Assembly (NCBI GenBank): GCA_010909165.1 | Contig: MU008153.1 | Coordinates: forward strand, 558,001-622,000 | Direction: 5' to 3' | Length of the DNA: 64,000 nucleotides | Source of the DNA: Anthoceros angustus | Taxonomy: Eukaryota > Plantae > Anthocerotophyta | Part shown: in pieces, positions 1 to 13,698 of the stretch | Numbering within the stretch: the stretch's first letter is position 1 | How the letters are laid out: the number at the start of each line of letters is the position of its first letter | Notes under the pieces: model-generated | What the model was told of the DNA's origin: nothing | The model's input: the letters and a program-made list of their open reading frames with translations, nothing else | Databases searched by the model: none | Translations under genes and position numbers: made by a program

Positions 1-45
1 TAGTGAAGTGGAGAATTTGAAACCAGCATCCCATATTACACCGGT

Positions 46-960
46 ATGCAGATAAGGAGAGTGGACGAGGCATGGGCAAATTATTTGGCTCGTGTAATAT
101 CGAAGGGAAGGATTGAGGAGGGCGTGTTGCCTCTCCTTTGCATGATCGACCGCAGTGTGACAACCTCGAGTTGGATGGAAAAGGTTCGGGCGAAGAAATA
201 TGTTATGGGCGTTCTTGGTGGGAACCATACCTTTGCGCCATGAAACATTTGGCGATATATCTCGAAAACACAATATGTGGAAGCTCATGTATCTTGTGGG
301 GTGTGATGGCGGAAATGCAGTCGGCAACCACTGTCGATGTCGGACAAAGGAAGAAGATGTCCTTCATTGAGCGGTCGGTACTTGAGGGACGAACTACTTA
401 TTGCCAGGCGAGATGATGTCCAGATGACCATGAATTGGAAATTCAACCTATACCGTGTATTGGGCTTGATTGAGGGCACGGAGGTCGGGAAGGCGATGTT
501 TACAAGCGAATAAGGTGGACAATCGGACCCACATCTTATGCATTGCGGGAGGAAGGTTTGGGACAACGTGGATCGAATATTTTCAAAATGGGAGGTGGAG
601 AATTGCGGAGAAAAACATGTTCTGAACAAGTAAGAAGGGCAAAGGCAAGCGGAAGGTACAAGAGGAGGCTCGGGTTGTTGACATTTTTACGTGGAAGAAG
701 GATATGCTAGCAAAGCCGTGGAAATCGTTCAAGGATTCCAGTGGAGAGTGCGGTCGTGGATACTCATCACAGAAGGTGTTGGCAGTATTATCGACCTAAA
801 AGGTATGGATGAGGAGATTACCTTACGGAAGAAGTTTCATGTTATACAAGTGGCTATGGTAAAACACTTGGGCTGCTCATCATTCGAAGAGGTTAGGTGG
901 AATATCCTTTGCATTTGACGAAATGATAGCTCGGTTCAGACGGCATTATTTGGGAAGGTG
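46..960 (+). pseudogene. Degraded, frameshifted ORF with a ParB/Srx-like motif, probably transposon-derived
   Basis: Fragments QIRRVDEAWANYL...PLLCMID...YVMGVLGGNHTF and KKMSFIERSVL resemble the ParB-like (I/V)xxG(N/H)(H/R) motif and following helix; split across frames by stops and frameshifts. Confidence 0.3.
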
Positions 961-2974
961 TGCCATACTACCCATCGTTTTCTAATTCTCTCATATGTCG
1001 TGCATTACAAACCCTAACGTTCTTGCGGTGCGCCGGTGGCGAGGCCACTTCCACATGTGATGTGGGGACTTGCCAGGGCGCCGGCCGGCGCCATCTATCC
1101 ACTCCATAGACAAGGCTTGAGGCGCCGGTGGCGCGCTCTCAGCCCCTGAGATCTACGGGTGCATAATGTTTCACTGCATCTGTGTATATGCACTTACTCG
1201 TTTTGCCCTGCGCAATTGAAGGATATAGACAACTTGCGAAAATGCCGGAGGACTTTAGAATTTCATTTTAGATCAATAATTGGAAGAGTTTGGAAGAAGC
1301 GGGCGTATCTGAGATCTTCATGAAGGGCTGCACATTTTCTTGTTCTGTGGTGAGGTTCATTACCAAGTGGAAGCGAGATATTTTGGAGATGCGGGGCTAC
1401 CTTGGTGAGGAGGTACACCACATTAGTCATGGATGTGCCCGGAGGCTTTGATATTGGGCCTATGGACAAGCGGATGGATGCCACTATGTTGAGTACATTT
1501 CAGATTTTCATGAGAAAACTACAAGCGAACTTCGCATGATTGTCATGCATGGAGTGGAGGAAGCCCACACGGAATCGATCGCAGTGGTGTAAGAAGGGTG
1601 GCTGGTGTCTTTCGTGTGGGATAAAACTAACATGAGCAATGATAGGGGATTTGAAAGCGATGGAGTATGTGGAGCCGGATGGGGCTTGAAGATGGGTGTT
1701 CAAAGGATCGAGCTCGATGATGCCGAATGCCATGCATGGCACTTTTAACAATGGGAGGTCCGTCATAGGCCATGACAACATGGTAAAGCGGTGTACTTGT
1801 CCCATGACAAGTTGGTGGTATGCCCATACCAAAGGCCTCTTGGGGCGATGATGAAATTGATCAAGACCTTCTCAAAAGAAGGAGGCGGGTGGTGGGCGCA
1901 TGCTCGGGAGTGGCACAGTATTAGCTTGCTGTGGAAGCAGCGCCATCGCCAGGCGGACTTACGGTGTCTTTGGATACATCCCCAGCGCATCCACGGATCG
2001 AGGTTCTCCGGATCTTGAAGAAGAGCTTACCTTGAGCCCCATCGCAGGCCCTTCAGGCAAAGGAGGTTTGTATAAGTGAAAAGGATTGTTCAAAGGCCCA
2101 AGTTGTTTCTTTGAGTGCCGGAGGATGAAGACGAGCAGGCGGTGTTGGAGGAAGGACAAGCCTGGATACCATATGGCAACCTCCCACGTCGTCGGCGTCC
2201 AAGCGGAGGTTAACAACGGCGCTTTGGGTGAGAATGGCAGTTTGTGAAGAAGCTGGGCGTATCGAAACCTAGCGTAGTTTTAGATTACTACATTCGGGGC
2301 CCAGTTGAGACCCGAATAGCCCGCAGTAACCGGATCCAATGTATTAGGATTCCGGACATAAACTTCATTATGCCATGTGTCTATCGGTGCCATTTTGCGA
2401 AGTGCACATTTAAAACGTCCCTCTTCCATCATGGCTTCCAGCGGCCAGCCGCGCCACCACCACTCATGTTGTGTGTATGCCTCAATTGTGTTGTTCATGA
2501 CTTAGTCGGGGGCCAAGAATGGTCCATTGTCGAGAGGCCTTGATGGCTTTGTGATTTAGATCAGTGATTTTCGTCAAAGGGGTTACGCAACAGGAAGGGG
2601 TTCGTATATAAACCTCCTTGCAATTACCATGTTTCAAATTTATTTATCTCCACCCAAGAGGATGTAAATAAAGTTGTTGTTGTAACTCGATCGGTACCCT
2701 ATTTATACATCTCATAGGTTTCCTCGCTACGGTGTGAGAATGATATCCACTTTATTCTTAAAGCGGTGATCCTCACCTCCCTTCTAACTCTGGTTTATTA
2801 TTGAGTCTATTTACGTTAAGGTTTTGACTCTTGGCTTGGATATTCTCACTACTTCTTGGGCTAAGAAGGCTAAGGTTTGGGCCGTGGTCAAATTGGTTTC
2901 CTACTAATACTTTGGACAATATTTTTCCCTTGAATATTATTGATGAGGCTCGACATAGGAAGAATCATGTCTCG

Positions 2975-3531
2975 CTTTATGGACTTTAAGCGCATGTCAT
3001 GCATGATACTAATCTGCACTTGGGTTTAGTGTTTGATTAGCATTAATTAATTAATTACTTACTTACTTATAAGTGGTCGTCTTTAATTTCCTCACAACAC
3101 CGCTGGTGCATGCTGGGACAAGTTATGATATGAGCTTGTCCTCTGAAAGGGTCTATATATACTAACCCTTGGCGTCAATTCCTAAGATATCCTATCAACG
3201 TATGGGAAATATCCTAAGAATACACTATAATATGCAAGGAATATGCTAAAGCATATATGAACTTATCCACTTAGCTATTATATCCTAAGAATACACTATA
3301 TATGCAAGGAATATGCTAAAGCATATTACTTGAGCTTATTCACTTAGCTATTGCTAACTATGTTTAATTAACACTAATCAACGCTTAATTAACATAAGTG
3401 CTTTAGATTAATTAATATTAAATACTTACTTATAGATCGTGTAGATTAATTAATGCTAATCAAATACTAAACCCAAGTGCAAAGATTAGTGTCACATGGC
3501 GTGGTCATGATACAGTGCTTAATTCATATAA
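2975..3531. mobile_element. Foldback/MITE-like non-autonomous element with long imperfect terminal inverted repeats
   Basis: tgatactaatctgcacttgggtttagtgtttgattagcattaattaat (~3004-3051) is nearly the reverse complement of attaattaatgctaatcaaatactaaacccaagtgcaaagattagtgtca (~3445-3494); internal direct repeat atatcctaagaatacactata...gctaaagcatat twice (~3209, ~3280); AT-rich, no ORF. Confidence 0.6.
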
Positions 3532-4299
3532 GCCCTTCTCAACAAACAACCAAGCAAAACAAATTTAATGCAAATATAGGTGCAAACCAATTTCCCCGAT
3601 AATGTGAGACTCCTAATCAAAACATTATCATTAGTAGGACTACGCGTACACACCTCATGTAGCGCATTGTGCAAAAAGCAATCTTCTTCGGGAATGTCGT
3701 CCAGAGGTTATGAACATTGTCCATGAGTGGAAGGTTGTCTTCAGCATCCTCATGCGCATGGGCAACATGTCATTTGGACTACTCTCCCCCCCAGCCGGTT
3801 GCTCGCTGTTTTCTTCTTGCCTTCTTGAGCTGCCTCTTCATGTGATGGTTCATCCATGAGTGGGTTATGCGGAACTTCTCCTTTGTGCGTGTGAAAGCAA
3901 ACACATGTTGTGATGCCTCGAACAACTCCTTTAGGCCTGCGTTGCTCTTCAACTCATGTTGTTACCATAATGATCATGACAGACGGAGAAATAATAGGAT
4001 TAGGGCAGTTCGGTGAGCGACATAAGTAGTTTGTATAGTTACAAATAAACTGAACGATACTTAAGGCAGTTTAATTGCTAATCAAACTTGTATATAAGGA
4101 GTTCACGACACGAATAAAAACGCCTTTTTTCTCGAGCTACTTGCTTCTATATGGTATCGAGCCTCGTTGTTCCCACGCCGCTTGACACCTCGAGGCTTGG
4201 GTTGTAGCGGCCGGGCTTCATGGCACGAAGCACATCATCACACCCGGACATCAGGCCACAGACCGGCAAGATGCGCGACGCGCGCCCGACCTCCTGCGC

Positions 4300-4822
4300 A
4301 CCGCAGCGCCACCACCACGCCTCGCAAACAGCCTGCGGTGATTGCGCAGCGCCACCACCACGCCTCGCAAACAAACCTGCGGTGATTGCGCAAAGCACTT
4401 CGGATCCGAATTCACCTCGCCGGACCAAAACATGCAGCTGCCACCGCAGCGCTTTGAACCGTCTGAGGCGTCGGTTTGAGCTCTTCCCCGTGGATCACCT
4501 TGAGTCCAGATAATTCGGCTCGAGTCCCGGATGGAATCATAACCGCCATGATGCGCGACACGAGCACAAGTCGCCGTCGATGTCGCACCGCAGCGCCACC
4601 ACCACGCCTCGCAAACAAACCTGCGGTGATTGCGCAAAGCACTTCGAATCCGGGTCACCTCTCACATCGGACCCAAAACATGCAGCCGCACCGCTCTGAA
4701 CCGTCTGAGGCGTCGGTTTGAGCTCTTCCCCGTGGATCACCTTCGAGTCCAGATAATTCGGCTCGAGTCCCAGATGGAGATCATAACCGCCATGATGCGC
4801 GACCTGAGCACAAGTCGCCGTC
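4300..4822 (+). repeat. ~240 bp tandem duplication plus shorter subrepeats in the copia leader
   Basis: gcagcgccaccaccacgcctcgcaaac occurs three times (~4303, ~4346, ~4590); the block ...ctgaggcgtcggtttgagctcttccccgtggatcacc...gatgcgcgac...gagcacaagtcgccgtc occurs twice. Confidence 0.85.
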
Positions 4823-4898
4823 AGTAATCTGCACACCGCACATGCTTGCTTTCGATCCCTTGCAGAAACACAATCCCCAGAGGCGAAAGGCAATAACC

Positions 4899-5615
4899 AT
4901 GGCAACCAATCTAGTAGTTAGCACTTCGATCGTTAACACAACGAAGGTAGAGTTCAGGGACCGAGACAGGTTCACCGGCAACGACTACAATACCTGGCAG
5001 ATGCGAATTACGGCACTGTTGGAGGAGCACGATCTCATGGGGATCGTCAAAGGTATAGTCACCCAACCCACAACTGCAGGAGGCGCCACAGCCAACCAGA
5101 TTGCGGCCTGGGTAAAGAAAGACAAAAGAGCAATCAGCATCTTGTTCTCGACACTAGACAAAAATGCTCCAGACACTCAAGGTCGAAACCGCCCACGAGA
5201 TCCGGAAAGTGTTCAAAGACATGTTCGCACAAAGCTCCATGTCAATTGTAAATGCCACACGGCAATTCTATCTGCTGAGAATGAAAGAAAGCGAAACAGT
5301 TGAGCAACACGTGCACAACTTCAGATCTGCAAAGAGCAAAACTTGCATCCAGCGGTACCACACTAAACGAGTACCAAGCAGCAATTGCCTTACTAAGGTC
5401 CCTTCCCACATCATATAGAACATTTGTGAGCTCGCAAAGTTCAGCCCTTCACCAGGCTCAAAGTGCAGCTCAAGCAGGATCGATACCTGTATACACATTC
5501 GCAGAAGTCCTCGGAGCACTCTTAGAAGAAGAAGTCAGCCGAACAACAACTCATAGGCCTGCAACTGGGCCTAACCACGCACTCTTCACATCAAGAGGCC
5601 GTGGAGCTCGAGGCT
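4899..5615 (+). pseudogene. gag: Copia-type gag (UBN2-like), frameshifted and truncated
   Basis: MATNLVV...RFTGNDYNTWQMRITALLEEHDLMGIVKG...WVKKDKRAISILFSTL; other frames continue FYLLRMKESETVEQHVHNF and IALLRSLPTSYRTFV...ALFTSRGRG. Confidence 0.8.
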
Positions 5616-6230
5616 TAAAACAACTCCTCAAGTTGCAAGCCACAGGCAAGCAACACAAGGCAACTTCAATTTATGATGGTCAAGAGGTGGTGATGGGTCC
5701 CTCCTATAGACCTAGGTGTTACGATTTTTGGTCCAAGTTCAATTGGACTTTTTGCCTCTTCCCACGCCACCAAGAGGATGGGTCTTGCTAGTGCTGTCTT
5801 TGGGCTCTATCTGGGATGAATATTCATGATATCAACCTCCCAGGCATCTTTTCACACCGGTCACACCCTCCACTATTTATGGTGCTGAGGTTTGGGGCCC
5901 GGGTCTTTTCTCTTCTTCTTGGGCTAAGGTGGAAAAAGTACAAAGCTCCTTTCTCCGTGCTCACATTGCCTGTAAGCGTTCAACCCCTTACTGTAAACGA
6001 TCTGGACTTGGAAACCCCTGTTGGGATGTGCCTGGAAGTGTTTTTTCTGTTTTTTTTGGTCGAGTGTGGTGTGAAAATAAGTCAGGTTGACAGTAGGCAG
6101 AGGTATTTATAGAAGAAATGTCCTTGGCCTATGGTTTTCTTGTTTTGATTTTTAGGTTAGAAAATAAATGGTGAATTTGGTGTTCCTTGGCCCATGGACT
6201 TGGATGTCCACCAAAAGTCTATATATGTGA

Positions 6231-6900
6231 GATAGGGGGTTGGAATAATTAGAGTGTGATAGGTCTATAAGTTTGGGGTCGACCGGAGCGTGAATGAGTG
6301 TGGGGTTGTGGATTGGGATGTGGGAAGCGGTCGTGAGGTCGAGCAGGAGTAGGGAACACAGGAAACTTAACCCTAGGAAATAATCCGTTCAGCGAGGCCT
6401 GCGTGGAGGCGGGAGTCGGTGGCGGCAGGCGGTTCGGAGGAGGAGGCGGGAGTCGGTGGCGGCAGGCGGCGATGCGATCTGCGGGAGGCGCGGGCGCACC
6501 CACGGAAGGAAGGAGCTCGAACCCCCAGTGACATCGCGGAGGAGGAGGAGGAAGGCGCACAGACGGTGGCGCTCTTGAGGTAGGGGGTTGGAATAATTAG
6601 AGTGTGATATAAGTTTGGGGTCGACCGGAGCGTATGAATGAGTGTGGGGTTGTGGATTGGGATGTGGGAAGCGGTCGTAGAGGTCGAGCAGGAGTAGGGA
6701 ACACAGGAAACTTAACCCTAGGAAATAGCAATCCGTTCAAAGGCGGGCGGCGGAGCGGGGCAGCGGCGGAGGCGCGATGAGGAGGCGGGAGTCGGTGGCG
6801 GCAGGCGGCAGTCGATGCGGGAGGCGGGCGCACGGAAGGAGCTCCGAACCCCCAGTGACATCGCGGAGGAGGAGGAAGGCGCGGCACGGCGCTCCTTCGA
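6231..6900. repeat. ~350 bp tandem duplication in GC-rich transposon debris
   Basis: tagggggttggaataattagagtgtgat...gtcgaccggagcgt...cccccagtgacatcgcggaggaggag starts at ~6233 and again at ~6581, with small indels. Confidence 0.85.
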
Positions 6901-9900
6901 GGAGGTAGGAACCACAGGACCCCAGTCGCGGTGGCGTTGGTTTGGTGCGAGGCGGAGGCTGAGAGGATGGCGCCCAAGGTCACCTGTGTGCAATGGCGAA
7001 CATGGATCATTGGAAAGTTCGGTGGAGGCTGGTGAAGGAGGAGGCGGGTTTCATGGAAGAACGGTGGAATTACATGAACTTGGGGTGTGCGTGTGCGTCA
7101 CGAAGGACAAACGGCCAGGCGGGGGATTTAAAGCGCGATTGGGACACAGGTGGTTAGGAGGTGTATGGGCGATGAGGAGGAGGCGGGCGGTTTGGTGATG
7201 GGCCGTCCGGAAAAGAAGCCTGACAGCAGCCGCCACAGTTAAGCGGGCGTAATTCGCGAACCAGGTGGTTGACGAGGGATTTGTAGCAGTTGGTTGATGG
7301 AGTCGGCGGTGGCTCCTATGTTTCTGCTGACACAAGCGGGATTATTTGTCGACCACTTCTTTGTTCCTTCATGAAGTGGTCAAGGCGATCGATTGAGGCG
7401 AATTCTCTTGACAAGTTGTGTGAAGAGAGGTTGAACTGATTTCTCTACCCTCGGCCCTCTAATCTCACCATTTCGGTCCATCTTTATGTTTACGCTAACT
7501 CCGCCAGAGGTGGAGATTGTAGCCTCCCTCCACATGTGGAAGCCGGTTAGGGAGGTGAAGTGGGCGGAGGAGCCCAAGGAGGAAAAATCGGATAGGCGGG
7601 AGTCGGTGGCGGCAGGCGGTTCGGAGGAAGAAGGAAATTCCCAGCAAAGAGGAAGGCCGGGGTGAAGGCGGGCATCGGAAAAAGGTGAAGGCGGGGCGTC
7701 ACCAGTCAGCAGGCGCGCGCTCTGAAAATGAAAGCCAAGCGGCGGTTGGAGGTGGCGAAGAGGAGGCGCGATCCGAGGACAATTTCTTGACGGATGCGGA
7801 TGATGAATCAACTCGGAGGGTTTAGGTGACCTCGAGCGGACCCCCTCGGCATGGGAAGAGATTTTCAAGGGACTCCAGCAGCGGTGGATGCAACCGAATT
7901 GGTGAGGTGCGCACCTTCTGGGAGGAAAGTTCTCGACGGAGGATGGCGTCGGCGGGGCCGCCACAACAAGTGGACTTGCGGGAGGCGTCGTGATGATCCG
8001 GGCCCAAGCGGTTGTTGGATCAAGCGGCTTTAGCTCTCACGGCTCGATGTGCGGGCGGCGGAGGAAGTGGTGAAGGCGGGTTTGTGAAGGAGGCCAAGCG
8101 CAAGCAAGCGAGGAAGACAAGCGGAACCTAGAAATAAGGGCCAAGATTCAAGAAGATTTGCGGGGCCGGGAGAAGTTGCAAGCCATGAGCGGCGGAAGCA
8201 CTCATGGCTCAAATTAAGGATGCCCAGGCGAACCGGGAGATGCGGGAGTTGTTGCGAGCCGGGAGGCGAGGCGGCCTCGGTGGAAAAGGCCCATAAGCTA
8301 GCGGCGGTATAAGCGGGCGGGATGAGGCACGTGGCGGGCGAGAAAAGACAAAGGGAAGAAGGCGGGGTAGCGGGACCACGGCGGAGTAGCGGAAGGAACT
8401 ACCGCGGAAGGAAGCGACAGCAGGTGGCGAAACCTCACCTACCAGGTTCTTTGAGCGAGCACGGTCGTGGAGTCCACTACATGGTCGGCACCGACATTGG
8501 CGCATCAACCGGAAGCGGCGGGGCGGGGCGGGGCGACGTGGCGCCTCGCGAGGACATGGCGAGCAACGGTGTAGCCTACGGGAGGAGGGTAAGCACCTCG
8601 GTACGGGGGTCCTATTATATTCGGCACATGGATGAGAAACTTATGTTCTGGTCTATATGTGAATGGAGGCAGCGTGCTTAACCTCCTTGTCCATGTGCGT
8701 GTGGAAATAGGAGGATCGGGGCCTACCTCTGCAAGTGAGGACCCAGTGCATACTTCTACCGCTGCGCCCGGGTGTGGGGTTGGCTCCCTATTATGCGGAG
8801 GCGACTTTGGAGGAGTTGAGTGAGGAGGAGGTCCGAGCTTGGGTGGACGAGGCAGTAATAATCCTCGGCAATAGGCGGCGGAAGATCACGGAAGCCCAGG
8901 CGGTACACCTCAAATTCGTCCAGCGGTGGCGGTGAGGTGGAAGTAGTGTGGGAGAACTGTCAGCAGGCGTGGCGGGAGGCTCGTGGCGGCGGCAATGGAG
9001 GGCGTGGCGGGCAGCCAAGTCGAGGTAGGCGAGATAAGCGTGGCGGTGATAGCATCCTAAAGATAATTTGGTTAGGGTGCTGCACTGGACCTAGGATCGC
9101 TCCGAATCGTGGGCGCGTCCCTTCATGATAGCCATCTTAAGACCTGAAAATCCGGGGCATGGCGCCCCAGCCGATGTATAAGAGGGGCAACTTATGTCCC
9201 TCACAGCAGATAACTCCTGGTTGAGATCCCCACGTTGCCTATGGCTGGTTGGAGACGTCCGATTGACAGAGGTGGTGTGCGCGAGGCGCTCCTAGGGGTG
9301 GTCGAGCTTGCTCCATGGGGGAGGAGGGTGATGGAGCAATCTTGGCGACAAGGAGGAAACCAAGGGATTGGCGGGGCGGGTGCGGAGCTTGCTCGTGCGC
9401 CTTTGTGGCCTTGAGGTTCTTCTTCCTTCACCTTGATCAGTTGTGTTCCGAAATCAGAGAGTGTTTGAGAGGATGGTTGGAAGCCTGCGGGCGAATTGAG
9501 GGAGAGAGAGGGAGAGAGAGAGAGAGAAGAGATCGGGTGAAGGAGAGATCAAATGCTGTACGCGATGCGAGGTGTGAGATCGTAAGTGGAAAGAGAAGGA
9601 GAGCGAATTGGGACGTTAACAGTGGAGAATTGTGTGTGTGGATTGTGAAACTCGAGCCGCTTGCGATGGAAAGTGCACAAGGAAACAACGTTTGGTGGAA
9701 ATCGTGGGTGTGGCGCCTTTTACGTGTGTGTGTGTGTGTGTGAGGAGGCGGATGTGAGGTATCCTAGGAACTTTGGTCCCTAGGAATCAGTGCGCATGAA
9801 GTGTGGAGTCGAGAATAACACGATCGTGCGTGGCCGCCGTGGCGAGGATCCATGGCGCGTGAGATGAGTTGCTAGGGTTTGGTGTGGGACCCACCTCGGT

Positions 9901-11343
9901 GGTTGTAGCAACTACCTGGTAGTAGTGAGAGTCACCGTGGTAGTGGCTCCGGAACGGGGGTCGTGGAACGAGATTTGCGGTCGGGAAGTTAGATCCGTGG
10001 TAGTTGGATAAGACAAGGGGTAGTCGTAGTTGAGTAGATAGGTGCGAAGTGGTAGCGGTCCGTCTAGGCTTAGGCAAAAGTTGGTAGTGATAGAAGATGG
10101 CGTCTTTTGGCACAAACCATTCCCTTGGGAGCGAATCCCGGGACTACAGCGACATTGAGGGTAAATGTGGACCTCACCGTGTCCCGACACGGGTTTACGA
10201 CCACATTTACCTATCCTCCTTCTGAATTTTCGCCTTACCCTTGAACTTGATGGCCTCTTTTGCCTCCCTTGTTTTCTTTACCGCCTCCTCCTCCTTGACA
10301 TTGTTAACCCTTCCCCCTCCTCGGCCCCTACCATCTTCTTGCCTCTGGTCTTTTGCTTCCTTGACTCGGTGTTGATTCCCAAGCTTCTTTTCTTGGCTCT
10401 CCCAAGCGGTTGCTTGGCTTAAACGGCAAATTTGCACCCTTAGGCTCCCGGTTTGGCCAACTCCCCATTCTCCCCTTCCCTTTCTCATCTCCCTCCCAAC
10501 CACCTCATCCGTGGGACCTTAAATTAAGATATCTTCGTCTCACTTGGTTCCCCTTTCATTTGCCCCTCCCTAATGTCCAAACTCCGTTTCTACTAGGAGG
10601 AGTTTCGTGTCAATCCCCTCTAGGTTCCCCTACCATGTTACCTCAATTCCCTCTCTCCTTCAAGCTCCGCACTCTTATCGGTTAATTCCGTGTTAGCTCC
10701 ACTACCTCCGAATCGAGACCAACCGCTGGCTTAAGTCCACACCACCCCAAGCCGTGTTGCAAGCTCGCTCCCTTGACCACAGATCTAAATCACACTTCCT
10801 CTTCTATTGCCATGTCTATGCTCCTATTCGGGCTCGCTACACTCTTCTATTTAAGTGTGCTGGTTTTCCTTGCGTAGATTCTTCTCGTTTCATATTCTGA
10901 GCTCAACGGCCTATGTCTCTGAGCTTTTTGATTTTCTGCACCTAGTTGGACTCTTTACAATTGTTTTGCCTCTTATAGCTTTCCTTCCCTTTTTCCATCT
11001 TACACCGTCTTGTCTCTTTAGTTTAGATGTATATATTTTGTCTCTATATGTGTTCAATCAGAGCATTTCCATCCTCGGTGGAATAAATAAAGTTGTTGGC
11101 GTTGTTGGTAGAGCGCAAAATCATCAACCCTCTGGGCTAGGCCAAATGGACACACATTTATAAGAACACCGTGATTAAGCATTCGGAGCTTGGATCGGTA
11201 CTTAGATGGGGTGCCTAAAGGGAGTGGATGCCCTTGGTGCAAGTAGCTTAGGCACACCATGGTACAAAGTTATTAAGTACCAAGTCCCATGACGGAAACC
11301 CGTCCTTAGTGGACTTAAATAAAATTCTTCTTCTTCTTCTTCT
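6900..11343 (-). mobile_element. Heavily degraded transposon/retroelement remnants, class undetermined
   Basis: Strong purine/pyrimidine strand skew, only short low-complexity ORFs, GA and GT microsatellites, Cys/His fragment CGRKPVSGHGEVHIYPQCRC on minus near 10.2 kb; bounded by a motif shared with 22393-22440. Confidence 0.35.
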
Positions 11344-13253
11344 CTGGTCGCGGGTTCAAGCTATCCGGGCGACGTGCGGTGGATCTATGTATCAAGACAT
11401 AATTTTTTTCTTACATTCCTGTGCATCCTTTGGGGGTCAGAAGAGACACGAAGTTCCGTCACGACATCCAGGCATCGATCACACATCGTTTTAAGCCAGC
11501 TTGGGTCAAGCAGCTCGTCTCCTTGGATGTGCAAATGGGGCATGGTGCCTCTCCTTTCGTGTCGAGCTACCAGGATAAGCTTGAACCTGGCAGGCGTGCA
11601 GGCTTGCACAAGCAAGCGACACATGGTCTAATGTATGTAAGTCATAATGTGCTTTGGTGCACGACAAATGGTTGTAAACCATAGTGTTAATGCAACGCAG
11701 GTACACAGGCGCTCACAAAAAACCTATCTAAGGACGTCGGCATGCCGGTGCTTTATGGAGGGAGTATAAGAACATATGGTGCTAGCATATTAGCGCGTTC
11801 ATTTATATATATTATTTGCACGTCGTAAAGTTTTGTTGTCTCCTAGAGTTGGTAAAGTGGTCAAAAACTTGGATGAAGAGTGATAGGATGCCAATTCGAG
11901 ATGCAAATTGTAGTTTTTATACTAGATGAGTTTCTTTTAGGTGTCGGCCTTTCAAGTAAAAGCCAAGCCGGAGGCGCTTGGAACATGTTGGCGCCCACAC
12001 CAAGATACTCGTGCCTTCTACCGAGAAAACACATGAAGATTCCATATCTCGACAGCTAGTACCTACTACCTCATATAAAAAATTGCCTAAAATCGTAATT
12101 TAGTTATTGTGTAGTTTTTTGAAAGCGACTTCAATTCTACCGGAAGAAACTTTGTATATTCAGCTTAAAAATATTATCATGTTCTCACTTATAGTAAGCT
12201 TTGAGGCGATAAGCGAGATAAGATATTGCTTCACATTTCATTGGAGATCACATGCAATCTTGATGCATTCAGAACTTCTGTTTTAAATTTCCCTATGGCC
12301 AAGCAGCTTCGCATATACCTATCCTTATCAAATACCTAAAACTTTAAGAATACTTGGCCTAATAAAGATCTATGAAGTTTCACCAAACAAAACAGTACAA
12401 AAGGATGCATTATTTATTACTTCGTTTTTCCCCTTCCTCCCCAACAACTGTCGTATTTACCACTTAGTTTTTCGCATTTATTTACTGCCAATCAATTGTT
12501 GGCCCTGTATCCGTTCTCTTTTTAATCTGTGTTCGGATTCCTCCAAATCTAACCAACCAAGAAACTCTATTTATACTCTTAATATAAAACTTCCAATCCA
12601 AGAATTACTTTTCGTCAAACTTGGACTCACATTGGAGCAAAGGTTTTAATCGCATGTCTAATCAAATAAGCCGAGGAAAACAACATACGCCTTCAATATT
12701 CCATGGCATGTGAAAATCACCGAAAGAGCATCATAGGTAGGTGGCCACAATGTCGCAATGAACCAAAGAGATAGCATGATGCGTTACAAGCTTGGGCCAA
12801 GACGTTAGTTAGAGAGATCATTCGTTGCGGCCATTCTCAAAATCGCTTCATAGCCGCACAAAGTCGCCGGGTTCTATGAGGAATCCTCCTTCGAGGCCGG
12901 ATCCCATTGCCATTGTACCATCTCCATCGTGTCCAAGTGAACTAGGCGTGAATTGTTGGAGTGCTAGTTTCCTGAAATGGACAAAGACCTCCTTTAGGCC
13001 CTAGACCTGCATTTAGGCCCCATACTTGAACCGAAATTCAGGGTTACCATAGCTTTATCAGAAACTGCTGGTGGAGTTGCTTGTAAATAGTGTATCTTTC
13101 CTGGCTGATTCTCATGAACTGCTCAAATGTCCTAATTGCAGCTGAGTTCACAGTGAATTATGGTTGCTTGAGTGCATGGACTTTCTATTCCATGGCATAG
13201 CTCCTTCAACTAGCGATACTGAATCGTGATCACTCCTGCACACCTTTTTTAAT

Positions 13254-13383
13254 ATGTACCTTTTGCCTTCTGCATACATATCTCATTTTCTTAAAATGTA
13301 CCTTCTTCCTTCATGCATACATATCTCATTTTCTTAAAATGTACCTTTTGCCTTCCTGCATACATATCTCATTTTCTTAAAAT
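13254..13383. repeat. ~43 bp tandem repeat x3
   Basis: atgtacctt(ttg/ctt)ccttc..tgcatacatatctcattttcttaaa three times. Confidence 0.85.
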
Positions 13384-13625
13384 CATGTTCTTAGCAAATT
13401 TGCTTTGTGTTCAACATCTTCCCATGGTTTTGTTTATACTTATCTATGATTTATGCAATACTGCAAGCATTTTATTTTATAAATTATCGAAATTAAAAAT
13501 AATACTCTATGTTTTTGGAAATTAAAACATCCAAGTCAGCGGACGGAATTGTCTTTTCTACTATTGTCTGTTGTCCGTTGACCGAAGGAAAAAATAGAGA
13601 GCTTGTCGTTACGAGGGAACGAGGA

Positions 13626-13698
13626 CGCCGCCCGGGGGGCTCGAACCCCCGACCACAAGGTTAAGAGCCTTGCGCTCTACCGACTGAGCTAGGGCGGC
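13626..13698 (-). tRNA. trnK-CUU: tRNA-Lys (anticodon CTT), 73 nt, no intron
   Basis: Reverse complement GCCGCCCTAGCTCAGTCGGTAGAGCGCAAGGCTCTTAACCTTGTGGTCGGGGGTTCGAGCCCCCCGGGCGGCG: acceptor stem, D arm, anticodon stem CAAGG/CCTTG with loop CT-CTT-AA, GTTCGA T loop. Confidence 0.97.

Larger units (their letters stand above)
3957..5615 (+). mobile_element. 5' part of a Ty1-copia LTR retrotransposon (short LTR, PBS, repeat-rich leader, gag), truncated
   Basis: TGTT start at 3957, TATATAA and AATAAA in the putative LTR; tRNA-iMet PBS-like TGGTATC-GAGC at 4152-4162; gag ORF follows; no pol or 3' LTR seen. Confidence 0.75.

Noticed and set aside
8680-8770. GRF-type zinc finger fragment (PPCPCACG...YFYRC)
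   Set aside because: Too short and interrupted by stops to call separately from the surrounding transposon debris
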